64,000 bases of DNA from assembly GCF_003334765.1 (NCBI RefSeq), contig NZ_QOWT01000005.1. One strand, given 5' to 3'. Each line of letters opens with the position of its first letter. Position 1 is the first letter of the stretch. The notes below the pieces were generated by a model that saw nothing but the letters and a program-made list of their open reading frames with translations, was not told the origin of the DNA and did no database searches. Below, one piece after another: positions 1 through 10,675 of the stretch. The position numbers were made by a program, and so were the translations under genes. The DNA is from Escherichia coli. GTDB taxonomy: Bacteria; Pseudomonadota; Gammaproteobacteria; Enterobacterales; Enterobacteriaceae.

Positions 1-758
1 GACAGTTTCAGGATCTCTTCCTGAGCGGTAGCGTGACTGCGACCTTTCGCTTTGATGGTGTCACGCGTTACAACGTACTGAGCGCGTAGTTCCGCAAATT
101 TTTCGCGAGCCAGTTCCGGGTCGATGCTGTTGTCATCATCGGCGCTGTCGTCATCGCCATCTTCTTCGTCTTCATCTTCGTCATCGTCCAGATCTTCCTG
201 GGAAAGCTCAGAACCGACGTGAGTGGCGGTAGGTGCCAGATCTTCTTCTGCGTTCGGGTCAACAAAGCCGGTGATCAGATCGGACAGACGCGCTTCTTCT
301 GCTTCAACACGATCGTACTGTTCCAGCAGATAGGTGATCGCTTCCGGATATTCAGCAACGGAGCATTGAACCTGGTTGATCCCGTCTTCAATACGCTTAG
401 CGATGTCAATTTCGCCTTCGCGGGTCAACAGTTCAACGGTGCCCATTTCACGCATGTACATGCGTACCGGGTCAGTCGTGCGCCCGATTTCAGATTCCAC
501 GCTGGAAAGCACCTGCGCGGCGGCTTCGGCAGCATCTTCGTCCGCGGTGTTTTCAGCCAGCATCAGATCATCGGCATCCGGTGCTTCTTCCATCACCTGA
601 ATGCCCATGTCGTTGATCATTTGGATGATGTCTTCGATCTGATCTGAATCGACGATATCTTCCGGCAGATGGTCATTGACCTCGGCATAGGTCAGATAGC
701 CTTGCTCCTTACCACGGGTGACAAGAAGTTTCAGCTGTGACTGCGGGTTTTGCTCCAT
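1..758 (-). CDS. rpoD: RNA polymerase sigma-70 factor RpoD, N-terminal ~252 codons (gene continues beyond window start)
   Basis: Reverse complement of 729-758 reads ATG GAG CAA AAC CCG CAG TCA CAG CTG AAA (MEQNPQSQLK); window start translates to AKGRSHATAQEEILKL; acidic D/E-rich region encoded around 110-200; follows dnaG as in the rpsU-dnaG-rpoD operon. Absent from ORF track because it has no stop inside the window. Confidence 0.93.
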   Translation of the reverse strand, partial: MEQNPQSQLKLLVTRGKEQGYLTYAEVNDHLPEDIVDSDQIEDIIQMINDMGIQVMEEAPDADDLMLAENTADEDAAEAAAQVLSSVESEIGRTTDPVRMYMREMGTVELLTREGEIDIAKRIEDGINQVQCSVAEYPEAITYLLEQYDRVEAEEARLSDLITGFVDPNAEEDLAPTATHVGSELSQEDLDDDEDEDEEDGDDDSADDDNSIDPELAREKFAELRAQYVVTRDTIKAKGRSHATAQEEILKL

Positions 759-952
759 AAGACGGTATCCACACTTATTTCATGAGGTTGGTGTTGGGCG
801 ATTGACCCGATGTCCTTCAGCCGTTAACGCTGAAATCCAACGGTTGTTTACCGCCAACGATAATTACGAGGGCGTACTTATATATTTGCCGCTGCCTCTC
901 AGTGCGGCTGTCGGGGGCTTCCCGATCGCTCTTCGGCACTTAAGCCGTTAAA

Positions 953-2698
953 TCACTTTTTCGCCAGCTCCTGGTTTAATGTCCAGAGCTCCAGGCGTTC
1001 TTCGTTGCTTAAACCATGCGTGCGCTCACGAGCGATTAACTCTTCCTGGCGCAGTTCAAGCAGCGAATCAAACATATGGTTGAGTGAGTCGGTGAAGGTT
1101 TGCTCAGCAATATTCTTATCTGCTATATCGTCCCACATCGACAGTTTTTCAAGGGTGGCAGCATTATTTGTACCACGATAGTGCTCTAAAAGTTGCCCGG
1201 TGGTCAGACCTGGCTGGGAGAGACAAGTGTTGACCAGTTCTCTGAATAAGCCAAGTCCAGGGAGCTTATTTTCATCCAGATTCTCAAGCGGCGGGACCAA
1301 CGTCGCTAATTCTGGATTTTGCACCAGCAACCCTATAAGTATACGCATGGTCGTGCGTTTTAGCTGCGGAACAGGGCGAGAAACGCCGCTCTCTGCCGCT
1401 TTTGGCATTAATCGTTCAAGCTGGCTGTCATCAAGTATGCCTAATTTGTTGCCTAATTCCTGACGAAGATATATTCGCAGCGTTTCGCCCGGCACTTGCG
1501 ATATCAATGGTAGTGCCAGCGTACTCAAACGTGCGCGCCCGTCAGGGGTACTCAGATCAACTTGCGGCATCAGACTGTTAAACAGAAATGCGGAGAGTGG
1601 CATCGCCTGCTCCATCCGCGCTTCAAACGCTTCTTTACCTTCTTTTCGTACTAGCGTGTCAGGGTCTTCGCCATCAGGCAAAAACATAAAGCGTAGCTGA
1701 CGGCCGTCTGTCATGTAAGGCAGCGCCGTTTCCAGCGCTCGCCAGGCGGCATCGCGGCCTGCACGGTCGCCGTCATAACAGCAAATGACATTGTTGGTCG
1801 CGCGGAACAACAGTTGTATGTGATCGGCGGTGGTTGACGTACCTAACGACGCAACGGCGTAATTAATGCCGTATTGCGCCAGCGCCACCACGTCCATATA
1901 GCCTTCGACCACAAGCAGACGATTGGGTTCAGCGTTATCCTGCTGCGCTTCATAAAGACCGTAAAGCTGGCGGCCTTTATGGAAAATGTCTGTTTCCGGC
2001 GAGTTCAGGTATTTGGGGGTATCGTTGCCCAGCACGCGCCCGCCAAAACCAATCACCCGACCGCGTTTATCGCGAATGGGGAACATCACCCGCTCGCGGA
2101 AACGATCGTAACTGCGTCCCTGATCGTTAGTGACCAACATCCCCGCATCAATCAATGACTGGCGATTTTCTGGATTGCCGCCAAACCGCTTCAGGACGTT
2201 GTCCCAGCCGGGGGGCGCAAAACCAATCGCAAAGCGAGCGATAACCTCGTGGCTTAATCCGCGTTTTTCCAGATACTGGCGCGCAGACGTGGCAACAGGT
2301 TGTTGTAAAGATTGTTGGTAAAACGTATTCAGACCGTCCATCAACTGATAAAGCGTTTGCCTCTGATGGCGCTCGATCTGGCTGGGGCCGCTGCCTGCTT
2401 CAAATGGCACTTCAAGATTGTGCATTGCTGCCAGCTCTTCGACCGTTTCGACGAACTCGAGCTTGTCGTAGTTCATCAGGAAGTCGATCGCGTTGCCGTG
2501 CGCGCCACATCCAAAGCAGTGGTAAAACTGTTTCTCACCGTTAACGGTGAAGGACGGGGTTTTCTCGTTGTGGAATGGACAACACGCGTGGAAATTCTTG
2601 CCCTGCTTTTTCAGCTTCACACGGGCATCGATCAGATCGACGATGTCAGTGCGTGCCAGCAGATCATTAATGAATACGCGTGGGATTCGTCCAGCCAT
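953..2698 (-). CDS. dnaG: DNA primase
   Basis: 581-aa ORF; N-terminal zinc-ribbon (CPFHNEKTPSF...CFGCGAHG), TOPRIM-type core; located between rpsU and rpoD. Confidence 0.96.
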   Translation of the reverse strand: MAGRIPRVFINDLLARTDIVDLIDARVKLKKQGKNFHACCPFHNEKTPSFTVNGEKQFYHCFGCGAHGNAIDFLMNYDKLEFVETVEELAAMHNLEVPFEAGSGPSQIERHQRQTLYQLMDGLNTFYQQSLQQPVATSARQYLEKRGLSHEVIARFAIGFAPPGWDNVLKRFGGNPENRQSLIDAGMLVTNDQGRSYDRFRERVMFPIRDKRGRVIGFGGRVLGNDTPKYLNSPETDIFHKGRQLYGLYEAQQDNAEPNRLLVVEGYMDVVALAQYGINYAVASLGTSTTADHIQLLFRATNNVICCYDGDRAGRDAAWRALETALPYMTDGRQLRFMFLPDGEDPDTLVRKEGKEAFEARMEQAMPLSAFLFNSLMPQVDLSTPDGRARLSTLALPLISQVPGETLRIYLRQELGNKLGILDDSQLERLMPKAAESGVSRPVPQLKRTTMRILIGLLVQNPELATLVPPLENLDENKLPGLGLFRELVNTCLSQPGLTTGQLLEHYRGTNNAATLEKLSMWDDIADKNIAEQTFTDSLNHMFDSLLELRQEELIARERTHGLSNEERLELWTLNQELAKK

Positions 2699-2720
2699 AG
2701 GCCCCGATTTTTAGCAATTC

Positions 2721-2761
2721 ATAAACGAAAATAAGCCGCGCATTCCTTTCGGAAGCACGGC
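2721..2761 (-). terminator. Rho-independent terminator between rpsU and dnaG (partial terminator of the macromolecular synthesis operon)
   Basis: Minus-strand RNA gccgugcuucc-GAAA-ggaaugcgcggc hairpin (GNRA tetraloop) followed by UUAUUUUCGUUU. Confidence 0.7.
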
Positions 2762-2808
2762 CTTACAACTACAACTCGGTCTGATCGGAGAGCAACGCTC
2801 TCGGGGAA

Positions 2809-3063
<255 letters not shown>

Positions 3064-3261
3064 TCAACGCCAGCTTATTTCAAAATGGTGCGGAATTTTA
3101 CTGCAATTGCTGCTGCTTTGTAAAGCACCGCGGCCTTTTTTGAAAGGGACTTTTATAAGGGTGAGGAGTATACACGAGGCTTTCTCCAGGGGCGAACAAA
3201 GTTTTACATCAACCCGCATTGGTCCTACACTGCGCGGTAATAAAGCGAGGTAAAACAAGTC

Positions 3262-4275
3262 ATGCGTGTACTGGGTATTGAAACTTCCTGCGATGAAACC
3301 GGCATCGCCATTTACGACGATGAAAAAGGTTTGTTAGCCAACCAATTGTATAGTCAGGTGAAATTGCACGCTGACTACGGCGGCGTCGTGCCTGAACTGG
3401 CCTCCCGCGATCATGTGCGTAAAACCGTACCGTTGATCCAGGCGGCGCTAAAGGAGTCTGGTTTAACGGCAAAAGACATTGATGCTGTGGCCTATACCGC
3501 AGGCCCTGGATTAGTCGGCGCGCTACTGGTTGGCGCGACCGTGGGGCGTTCTCTGGCGTTTGCCTGGGACGTTCCGGCGATCCCTGTACACCATATGGAA
3601 GGGCATCTGTTAGCGCCGATGCTGGAAGATAACCCGCCGGAATTTCCGTTTGTTGCGCTGCTTGTTTCCGGCGGTCATACGCAGTTAATCAGCGTGACTG
3701 GCATTGGTCAGTACGAGCTGCTCGGCGAGTCTATCGATGATGCCGCCGGGGAAGCGTTTGATAAAACCGCGAAGCTGCTGGGGCTGGATTATCCTGGCGG
3801 GCCGTTACTGTCGAAAATGGCGGCTCAGGGTACTGCCGGGCGCTTTGTCTTCCCGCGTCCGATGACCGACCGTCCGGGGCTGGATTTCAGCTTCTCCGGC
3901 CTGAAAACCTTCGCGGCAAATACCATTCGTGACAACGGCACCGACGACCAGACGCGTGCTGATATCGCCCGCGCCTTTGAAGATGCGGTGGTCGATACGC
4001 TGATGATTAAGTGCAAGCGGGCGCTGGATCAGACGGGCTTTAAGCGACTGGTCATGGCGGGCGGCGTGAGTGCTAACCGTACGTTACGGGCGAAGCTGGC
4101 TGAAATGATGAAAAAACGCCGCGGCGAAGTGTTCTACGCGCGTCCGGAATTTTGTACTGATAACGGCGCGATGATCGCCTATGCCGGAATGGTGCGGTTT
4201 AAAGCAGGCGCGACGGCGGATCTCGGCGTTAGCGTGCGTCCGCGCTGGCCGCTGGCGGAGTTACCGGCTGCGTAA
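3262..4275 (+). CDS. tsaD: tRNA N6-adenosine threonylcarbamoyltransferase (Kae1/YgjD family)
   Basis: 337-aa [23 protein letters not shown]... with HxxH metal motif ([11 protein letters not shown]); divergent from rpsU. Confidence 0.94.
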
Positions 4276-4284
4276 AACTATTGG

Positions 4285-4308
4285 GTGCCGGAGAGCAATT
4301 TCCGGCAC
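4285..4308. terminator. Inverted repeat hairpin between convergent tsaD and ttdT
   Basis: gtgccgg-agagcaattt-ccggcac perfect 7-bp stem, 9 nt after tsaD stop and 10 nt before ttdT stop. Confidence 0.5.
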
Positions 4309-4317
4309 CGTCCTCAC

Positions 4318-5781
4318 TTAAAGCAACACCACGGGCATCCACAGTAAGCCGGTAATCACCAGCAATACGAGGAATATCAGCCCAAAAATCGCCCCCAGTC
4401 GCCAGTAATCCGCCGTTGGCAGATAACCACTGCCGTAGTAAATCGGACTGGGGCCGGTGGCGTATGGTGTAAGAATGCTCCCCAGACCAATTGCCGCACC
4501 AACCATCAGGCAGAACACCGGCAGCGGGATTTCCGGCATCGCCAGCGCAGCGGCAATCATCATCGGTGCGAGAGCGGAGGTATACGCCGTGGCGCTGGCG
4601 AAAAAGTAGCGCAGTAGATAAAACACCACAATCAACGCCACCATCACCATCGTTGGCGAATAACCGCTTAAGCTGCCTGCTAACAGTTTGCCAAACCAGC
4701 TAATAAAACCGGTGTTGTTGAGTCCGGTGGCGAGGGTGATAAGCGAGGCCAGCCAGAAGAAAACGTTCCACGCCGCTTTATTACTGACAATGTCGTCCCA
4801 ACTGATAATGCGCAGAAGCAGCATCAGTGCCACCACGCTGTAACCGACCATCGCGGCATCGATATAATCACCGCCGAAAATCCACAGCACCAGCGCGCCT
4901 ACCATCAGCCCCAGCATCCGTTTTTCACGCGAACAGAGCGGGCCCATTGCCTGCAGTTCCGTCTCTGCCCAGCGCGGCACCTGATCGCCAGACTTCAGTA
5001 CCGGCGGGTACAGCACGTAAGCCAGCCAGGGAACCAGCAGAACCAGTAAAATGCTGAGCGGCAACATCCCGAGGAACCAGTCGCCCCAACTCAGCGTGGC
5101 GTGAGATGCGCTTTTCATCAGTCCAATTAACAGCAAGTTTGGTGCCATCGCCGTCAAGAAAATGGCGCTGGTCACGCAGTCGGCAACAATCCCCATCCAC
5201 ATGATGTACGAGCCAATGCTGCGCGAACTGCTGTCGTTTGGTTGTGATTGATAGAGCGGTGGCAGGTTACGGATGATGGGATAGATAATCCCCGCACCAC
5301 GCGCCGAGTTGGACGGTGTTACAGGTGCGAGGATCAGCTCGGAGAACATCACCGCATAGCCGAGAAACAGCGTGCGATGTCCCATCTTTTTCACCAGAAT
5401 CAGCGCAATGCGGCGTCCAAGCCCGGTTTTTTCATAGCCTGTGCCAAACATAAAGGCGGCGAAAATCAGCCAGATAACCGAATTAGAAAAACCGGAAACG
5501 GCCCACGAGAGGGATTTTGCAGTGAATTTAAAGCCTGGCTGAGCGAGCTGCTCCGGGCTGAACAGCAGCCAGGGAGAGAGTATGGCGATGATGGATATAC
5601 CCACCATCGCCACCACGGCACCCGGCACGGGTTCGAGGATCAGTCCAACGATCACGCCAGTAAAAACGGCAAAGTAGAGCCAGGTATGGTTCTCCAGCCC
5701 TGCGGGAACCGGAAGTAGAGCAATAATGGCGATGACCGCCAGCGGCGCAAGATATCGCCACCATTCAGTGGAAGGTTTCAT
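4318..5781 (-). CDS. ttdT: L-tartrate/succinate antiporter (DASS/SLC13-type transporter)
   Basis: 487-aa polytopic membrane ORF immediately downstream of ttdAB on the same strand. Confidence 0.88.
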   Translation of the reverse strand: MKPSTEWWRYLAPLAVIAIIALLPVPAGLENHTWLYFAVFTGVIVGLILEPVPGAVVAMVGISIIAILSPWLLFSPEQLAQPGFKFTAKSLSWAVSGFSNSVIWLIFAAFMFGTGYEKTGLGRRIALILVKKMGHRTLFLGYAVMFSELILAPVTPSNSARGAGIIYPIIRNLPPLYQSQPNDSSSRSIGSYIMWMGIVADCVTSAIFLTAMAPNLLLIGLMKSASHATLSWGDWFLGMLPLSILLVLLVPWLAYVLYPPVLKSGDQVPRWAETELQAMGPLCSREKRMLGLMVGALVLWIFGGDYIDAAMVGYSVVALMLLLRIISWDDIVSNKAAWNVFFWLASLITLATGLNNTGFISWFGKLLAGSLSGYSPTMVMVALIVVFYLLRYFFASATAYTSALAPMMIAAALAMPEIPLPVFCLMVGAAIGLGSILTPYATGPSPIYYGSGYLPTADYWRLGAIFGLIFLVLLVITGLLWMPVVLL

Positions 5782-5828
5782 CGTGTTATGCCTGCGAAAA
5801 AGGAGAGGGGTGAGCCTCTCCGGGAGGG

Positions 5829-6434
5829 TTATTTGATGTAATGGACGTGCTCGCAGATCTCTTCCACGATGGGATCGCGGCGTTCGGCGAACAGCTTTTT
5901 GTTTTCGGCTATCAGGTTGTTGCCGTGGGTATCAATAGAGACAATCAGCGGGCCGAACTCTTTGACCCGGCAGACCCACAGTGACTCCGGCATTCCGAGC
6001 TCTGTCCAGTGCACTTCTTCAATCTCTTCCACCTGGGTTGCCGCCAGCACCGCGCAGCCTGCCGGGAAAATCACATGTAGCGCCTTGAATTTCTGGCAGC
6101 CTTCTTCGGTCAGCGGCCCCATACCACCTTTGCCAACCACCAGTTTCACGCCGGTCTGCTCAATAAATTCACGTTCAAAACTTTCCATACGCATACTGGT
6201 TGTCGGGCCGACGGAGACCATCTCCCATTTGTCGCCGTTTTTGCGCACGATGGGGCCAGCGTGGAAAATCGCTTTGCCGTTGAGATCGTAAGGGATCGGA
6301 CGTTTCAGTTCGATCAAACGGCGGTGACAAACGTCGCGGCAGGTCACCAGCGTACCGGTCAGGTAGATCACATCGCCGACGCGAATATCTTGCAGATCTT
6401 CAGCTTTGATCGGGGTTGTCAGGATCTTTTTCAT
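5829..6434 (-). CDS. ttdB: L(+)-tartrate dehydratase beta subunit (class I fumarase C-terminal-like)
   Basis: 201-aa ORF; start overlaps ttdA stop by 4 nt (translational coupling). Confidence 0.9.
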
Positions 6435-7342
6435 AACGCGCTCCGGGTGTGAGACAGATTTTCAAAGGTGAGATCGGCATGAACCAGCAGCGTGCCGCGA
6501 CGATGCGCCCAGCAGCCGGTAGAGACAGCAACGCCGATGGTTGACGGATGGCGGGCGGCAGATTCGATATGTACGCCCATCACTGAACTGTTGCCGGTCA
6601 GCCCTTGTGGACCAATCCCCAGACGGTTGAGTCCTTCTTCCAGGCGTAGCTCCAGTTCTGCCGCTTTTGGATTGGGATGGCGGCTGCCAATCGGGCGCAA
6701 AATGGCTTTACGCGAGAGTACGGCGGCGGTTTCCACCGAGGTGGCGATGCCCACGCCCACCAGTACCGGTGGACAGGCGTTTACGGCGAGGGTGGAGATA
6801 TTTTCGAAGACGAATTTCACCACGCCTTCGTAGCCTTCTGACGGCATTAACACTTTCGAGCGGCCAGGTAGCGTGCAGCCGCCGCCTGCCATGTAAACTT
6901 CGATTTCCGCATCGTCATTGTCGGGGATGATGTCCCAGGTGACCCACGGTACGCCGCTACCGGTATTTTTGCCGGTGTTTACTTCGTCAAAAATTTCTAC
7001 CGCATTGTGACGTAGTGGCGCTTTGACGGTTGCCTCTTCCACGGCTTGTTTGAGTATGCTTTGCAGCTCGCCAAGCAGTGGGAAGCGGGAACCGACTTTA
7101 ACGAAGAACATAATCTCCCCGGTGTCCTGACAGGCAGGACGATTCAGGTCAATCGCTTTTTGCATGTTGTCGAACATCGTATGGTAGATAATTTTCCCCA
7201 TCGACGACGTTTCGGCATCCTTTAGCTGTTTTAGTTTATCCACCACGTCATCAGGCATTCGGGTAGAAATCATGGCGGTAAAGTTAGCGACAATCTCTGT
7301 CAACTTATTCACTGCCTGTTGCTTATTACTTTCGCTCATCAT
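6431..7342 (-). CDS. ttdA: L(+)-tartrate dehydratase alpha subunit (Fe-S hydrolyase)
   Basis: ORF track frame 6431-7396; start set at ATG ATG ([14 protein letters not shown]...) at 7340-7342, giving 303 aa. Confidence 0.88.
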
Positions 7343-7548
7343 GGCAACTCCAGTTTTTGTATTTGTCTGGAAAAATTCACCGCCACAAACTACCACTAAA
7401 AATGTGGTTTTATATTTTTTGCCACCGTGAATATGTAATTAACAGTTCGTGAATCAACGCGAAAATAAGAATGAATATTGCGCCAGAGCAGGGAATGGCA
7501 ATGTTTTGCGAAATACACTGCGCTTATCACAACTGCGGATAATTAACG

Positions 7549-8481
7549 ATGCTGAATAGCTGGCCTTTAGCCAAAGACTTGCAGGTACTGGTAGAAATCG
7601 TTCACAGCGGGAGTTTTAGCGCCGCAGCGGCGACGCTTGGGCAGACGCCTGCATTTGTCACCAAGCGGATCCAAATCCTTGAAAATACGCTGGCAACAAC
7701 GCTGCTGAACCGCTCCGCTCGCGGCGTGGCGCTGACTGAAAGTGGCCAACGTTGTTACGAACATGCGTTGGAAATCCTCACCCAATATCAGCGACTGGTC
7801 GATGACGTCACGCAAATCAAAACGCGCCCGGAGGGGATGATTCGTATTGGTTGCAGTTTTGGTTTTGGGCGCAGCCATATTGCGCCAGCTATTACCGAAC
7901 TGATGCGCAATTATCCTGAGTTACAGGTGCATTTTGAATTGTTCGATCGGCAAATTGATTTAGTGCAGGATAATATTGATCTGGATATTCGTATTAATGA
8001 CGAAATTCCTGATTATTATATTGCGCATCTTTTGACAAAAAATAAAAGAATATTATGCGCAGCACCTGAGTATCTGCAAAAATATCCGCAGCCACAATCC
8101 CTACAGGAATTAAGTCGTCATGACTGTCTGGTGACCAAAGAGCGCGATATGACCCATGGAATATGGGAGTTGGGGAACGGTCAGGAGAAAAAATCGGTGA
8201 AGGTAAGCGGGCATCTTTCCTCCAATAGCGGCGAGATTGTGCTGCAATGGGCGCTGGAGGGCAAAGGGATTATGCTGCGTTCCGAGTGGGATGTGTTGCC
8301 GTTTCTGGAGAGTGGCAAACTGGTGCAAGTATTGCCAGAGTATGCACAAAGCGCCAATATCTGGGCTGTTTACCGGGAGCCGCTCTATCGCAGCATGAAA
8401 TTACGTGTCTGCGTGGAATTTCTGGCGGCATGGTGCCAGCAACGGCTGGGCAAGCCCGATGAAGGCTATCAGGTCATGTAG
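7549..8481 (+). CDS. ttdR: LysR-family transcriptional activator of the ttd operon
   Basis: 310-aa ORF with N-terminal HTH and LysR substrate-binding domain; divergent from ttdA. Confidence 0.88.
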   Translation: MLNSWPLAKDLQVLVEIVHSGSFSAAAATLGQTPAFVTKRIQILENTLATTLLNRSARGVALTESGQRCYEHALEILTQYQRLVDDVTQIKTRPEGMIRIGCSFGFGRSHIAPAITELMRNYPELQVHFELFDRQIDLVQDNIDLDIRINDEIPDYYIAHLLTKNKRILCAAPEYLQKYPQPQSLQELSRHDCLVTKERDMTHGIWELGNGQEKKSVKVSGHLSSNSGEIVLQWALEGKGIMLRSEWDVLPFLESGKLVQVLPEYAQSANIWAVYREPLYRSMKLRVCVEFLAAWCQQRLGKPDEGYQVM

Positions 8482-8493
8482 ATCCACCAGAAA

Positions 8494-9111
8494 TCACTCG
8501 GGATCCTTTTCGCGCTTTCTTTTGAATTTCGTCCAGATTTTTGTCTCCTGACGACGCCACAGACGTTGGATGTTGTCATGATGACGCAGCAGGATCAGGC
8601 AAGAGAGCATCGAAACCGGGAAGGTGAATTGTGGCTTAAACCACCAGACATAAAACGGAGCAATCAGTGCACTGACAATCGCTCCCAGCGACGAGTATCC
8701 GCTCAATAGCACGGTCAGTAACCAGGTTCCCGCCATTACTCCGGTGAGATCCCAGCCAATGGGTGCGATGGCACCAAAAGCGGTAGCAACGCCTTTTCCT
8801 CCTTTAAATCCGAAGAAAACGGGCCAGATGTGTCCAAGACAGGCGGCGATGGCAATTAAGCCTAGCCAGAAGGGGCTGACACCTAATTCATACGCGCCCC
8901 AGACGGGCAACATTCCTTTCAGAACGTCGAAAATCAGTACTGCTACGGCTGCTCCCTTGCCACCGATACGTAACACATTGGTTGCGCCTGGATTGCCGGA
9001 GCCGCTGGTTCGCGGATCGGGCAGCCCACACAAGCGGCAAACCAGAATGGCACTGGAAATGGAGCCGCAGAGGTACGCGATGAGGATCATTCCAGGCGCG
9101 ATTGCACTCAT
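8494..9111 (-). CDS. plsY: Glycerol-3-phosphate acyltransferase PlsY (acyl-phosphate dependent)
   Basis: 205-aa membrane [27 protein letters not shown]... Confidence 0.9.
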
Positions 9112-9215
9112 AAGCTGTTCCGTTTTGAAAATTCGTGTTCAACGATGAATCTGTGGATAATACGCACATTTCGCCGGAAGTGGTATCCGGTTAGCCAAAA
9201 AGCAGGCAGGACGTG

Positions 9216-9584
9216 ATGGATATTGTATTTATAGAGCAACTTTCGGTAATCACCACTATTGGTGTTTACGACTGGGAACAGACCATCGAACAGAAGTTAG
9301 TGTTCGATATCGAAATGGCGTGGGATAACCGTAAAGCGGCGAAAAGTGATGATGTGGCGGATTGCCTCAGTTACGCTGACATTGCAGAAACGGTGGTCAG
9401 CCACGTCGAGGGGGCGCGTTTTGCGCTGGTGGAACGCGTGGCTGAAGAGGTGGCGGAGCTGCTGTTAGCACGCTTCAACTCGCCGTGGGTGCGTATCAAA
9501 CTCAGCAAGCCAGGCGCAGTGGCGCGGGCGGCGAATGTTGGCGTAATCATTGAGCGTGGCAATAATCTGAAAGAAAATAATTAA
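9216..9584 (+). CDS. folB: Dihydroneopterin aldolase
   Basis: ORF track starts at GTG 9213; adjacent ATG at 9216 gives MDIVFIEQLSVITTIGVYDWEQ... (122 aa). Confidence 0.9.
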   Translation: MDIVFIEQLSVITTIGVYDWEQTIEQKLVFDIEMAWDNRKAAKSDDVADCLSYADIAETVVSHVEGARFALVERVAEEVAELLLARFNSPWVRIKLSKPGAVARAANVGVIIERGNNLKENN

Positions 9585-9673
9585 TTTTACAGCTGTTAAA
9601 CCAAACGGTTATAACCTGGTCATACGCAGTAGTTCGGACAAGCGGTACATTTTAATAATTTAGGGGTTTATTG

Positions 9674-10495
9674 ATGAGCGATATGCACTCGCTGCTGATA
9701 GCGGCAATATTGGGTGTGGTCGAAGGATTGACAGAATTTCTGCCGGTATCCAGCACGGGCCATATGATTATTGTCGGTCACTTGTTGGGGTTTGAGGGCG
9801 ACACGGCGAAAACCTTTGAAGTTGTGATCCAGTTAGGATCAATTCTGGCGGTAGTAGTGATGTTCTGGCGGCGTCTGTTTGGCCTGATTGGCATCCACTT
9901 TGGCCGCCCGTTGCAGCACGAAGGTGAAAGCAAAGGTCGTTTAACGCTGATCCACATTTTGCTGGGGATGATTCCGGCGGTGGTATTGGGGCTGTTGTTC
10001 CACGACACGATTAAGTCATTGTTTAACCCGATAAATGTGATGTATGCGCTGGTCGTTGGCGGTTTGTTGCTGATTGCCGCCGAATGCCTGAAGCCGAAAG
10101 AGCCGCGTGCGCCGGGTCTTGATGATATGACCTATCGTCAGGCATTTATGATTGGCTGTTTCCAGTGTCTGGCGCTGTGGCCGGGTTTCTCCCGTTCCGG
10201 GGCGACCATTTCAGGTGGGATGCTGATGGGGGTGAGCCGTTACGCTGCTTCCGAGTTTTCGTTCCTGCTGGCGGTGCCGATGATGATGGGCGCAACGGCG
10301 CTCGATCTCTACAAAAGCTGGGGCTTCCTGACAAGCGGCGATATCCCGATGTTTGCCGTTGGGTTTATCACCGCTTTTGTGGTGGCGCTGATAGCGATTA
10401 AAACCTTCCTGCAATTGATTAAGCGCATTTCGTTTATCCCGTTCGCCATTTATCGCTTTATTGTGGCGGCTGCGGTGTATGTCGTGTTCTTTTAA
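9674..10495 (+). CDS. uppP: Undecaprenyl-diphosphate phosphatase
   Basis: ATG at 9674 after [37 protein letters not shown]... 273-aa polytopic membrane protein (bacA). Confidence 0.92.
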
Positions 10496-10536
10496 TTGAG
10501 GAATAGTGTCGGATGCTTGGCGTTGTCAACGATTGC

Positions 10537-10661
10537 GTAGGCCGAATAAGGCGTTCACGCCGCATCCGGCAATCAACGCCTGATGCGACGCTTGCGCGTC
10601 TTATCAGGCCTACAACTGTCGTTGACATGTAGCCGGATAAGGCGTTTACGCCGCATCCGGC
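10537..10661. repeat. REP/BIME cluster: three REP-like palindromic units (10537-10570, 10578-10613, 10629-10661)
   Basis: GCCGGATAAGGCGTTTACGCCGCATCCGGC-type REP sequences in alternating orientation, flanked by inverted copies of GTTGTCAACG, between convergent uppP and cca. Confidence 0.8.
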
Positions 10662-10675
10662 AAAATGCCCAATAC

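Noticed and set aside
110-200. Apparent trinucleotide-type repeat (TCATCGTC... / GAAGA... runs)
   Set aside because: It encodes the acidic D/E-rich segment of sigma-70 region 1; codon-level low complexity, not a microsatellite or regulatory repeat.
219-647. 142-aa plus-strand ORF (and the 65-aa minus-strand ORF at 68-265) at the window start
   Set aside because: This region is occupied by the 5' part of rpoD on the minus strand (verified by translation); the listed ORFs are alternative-frame artefacts.
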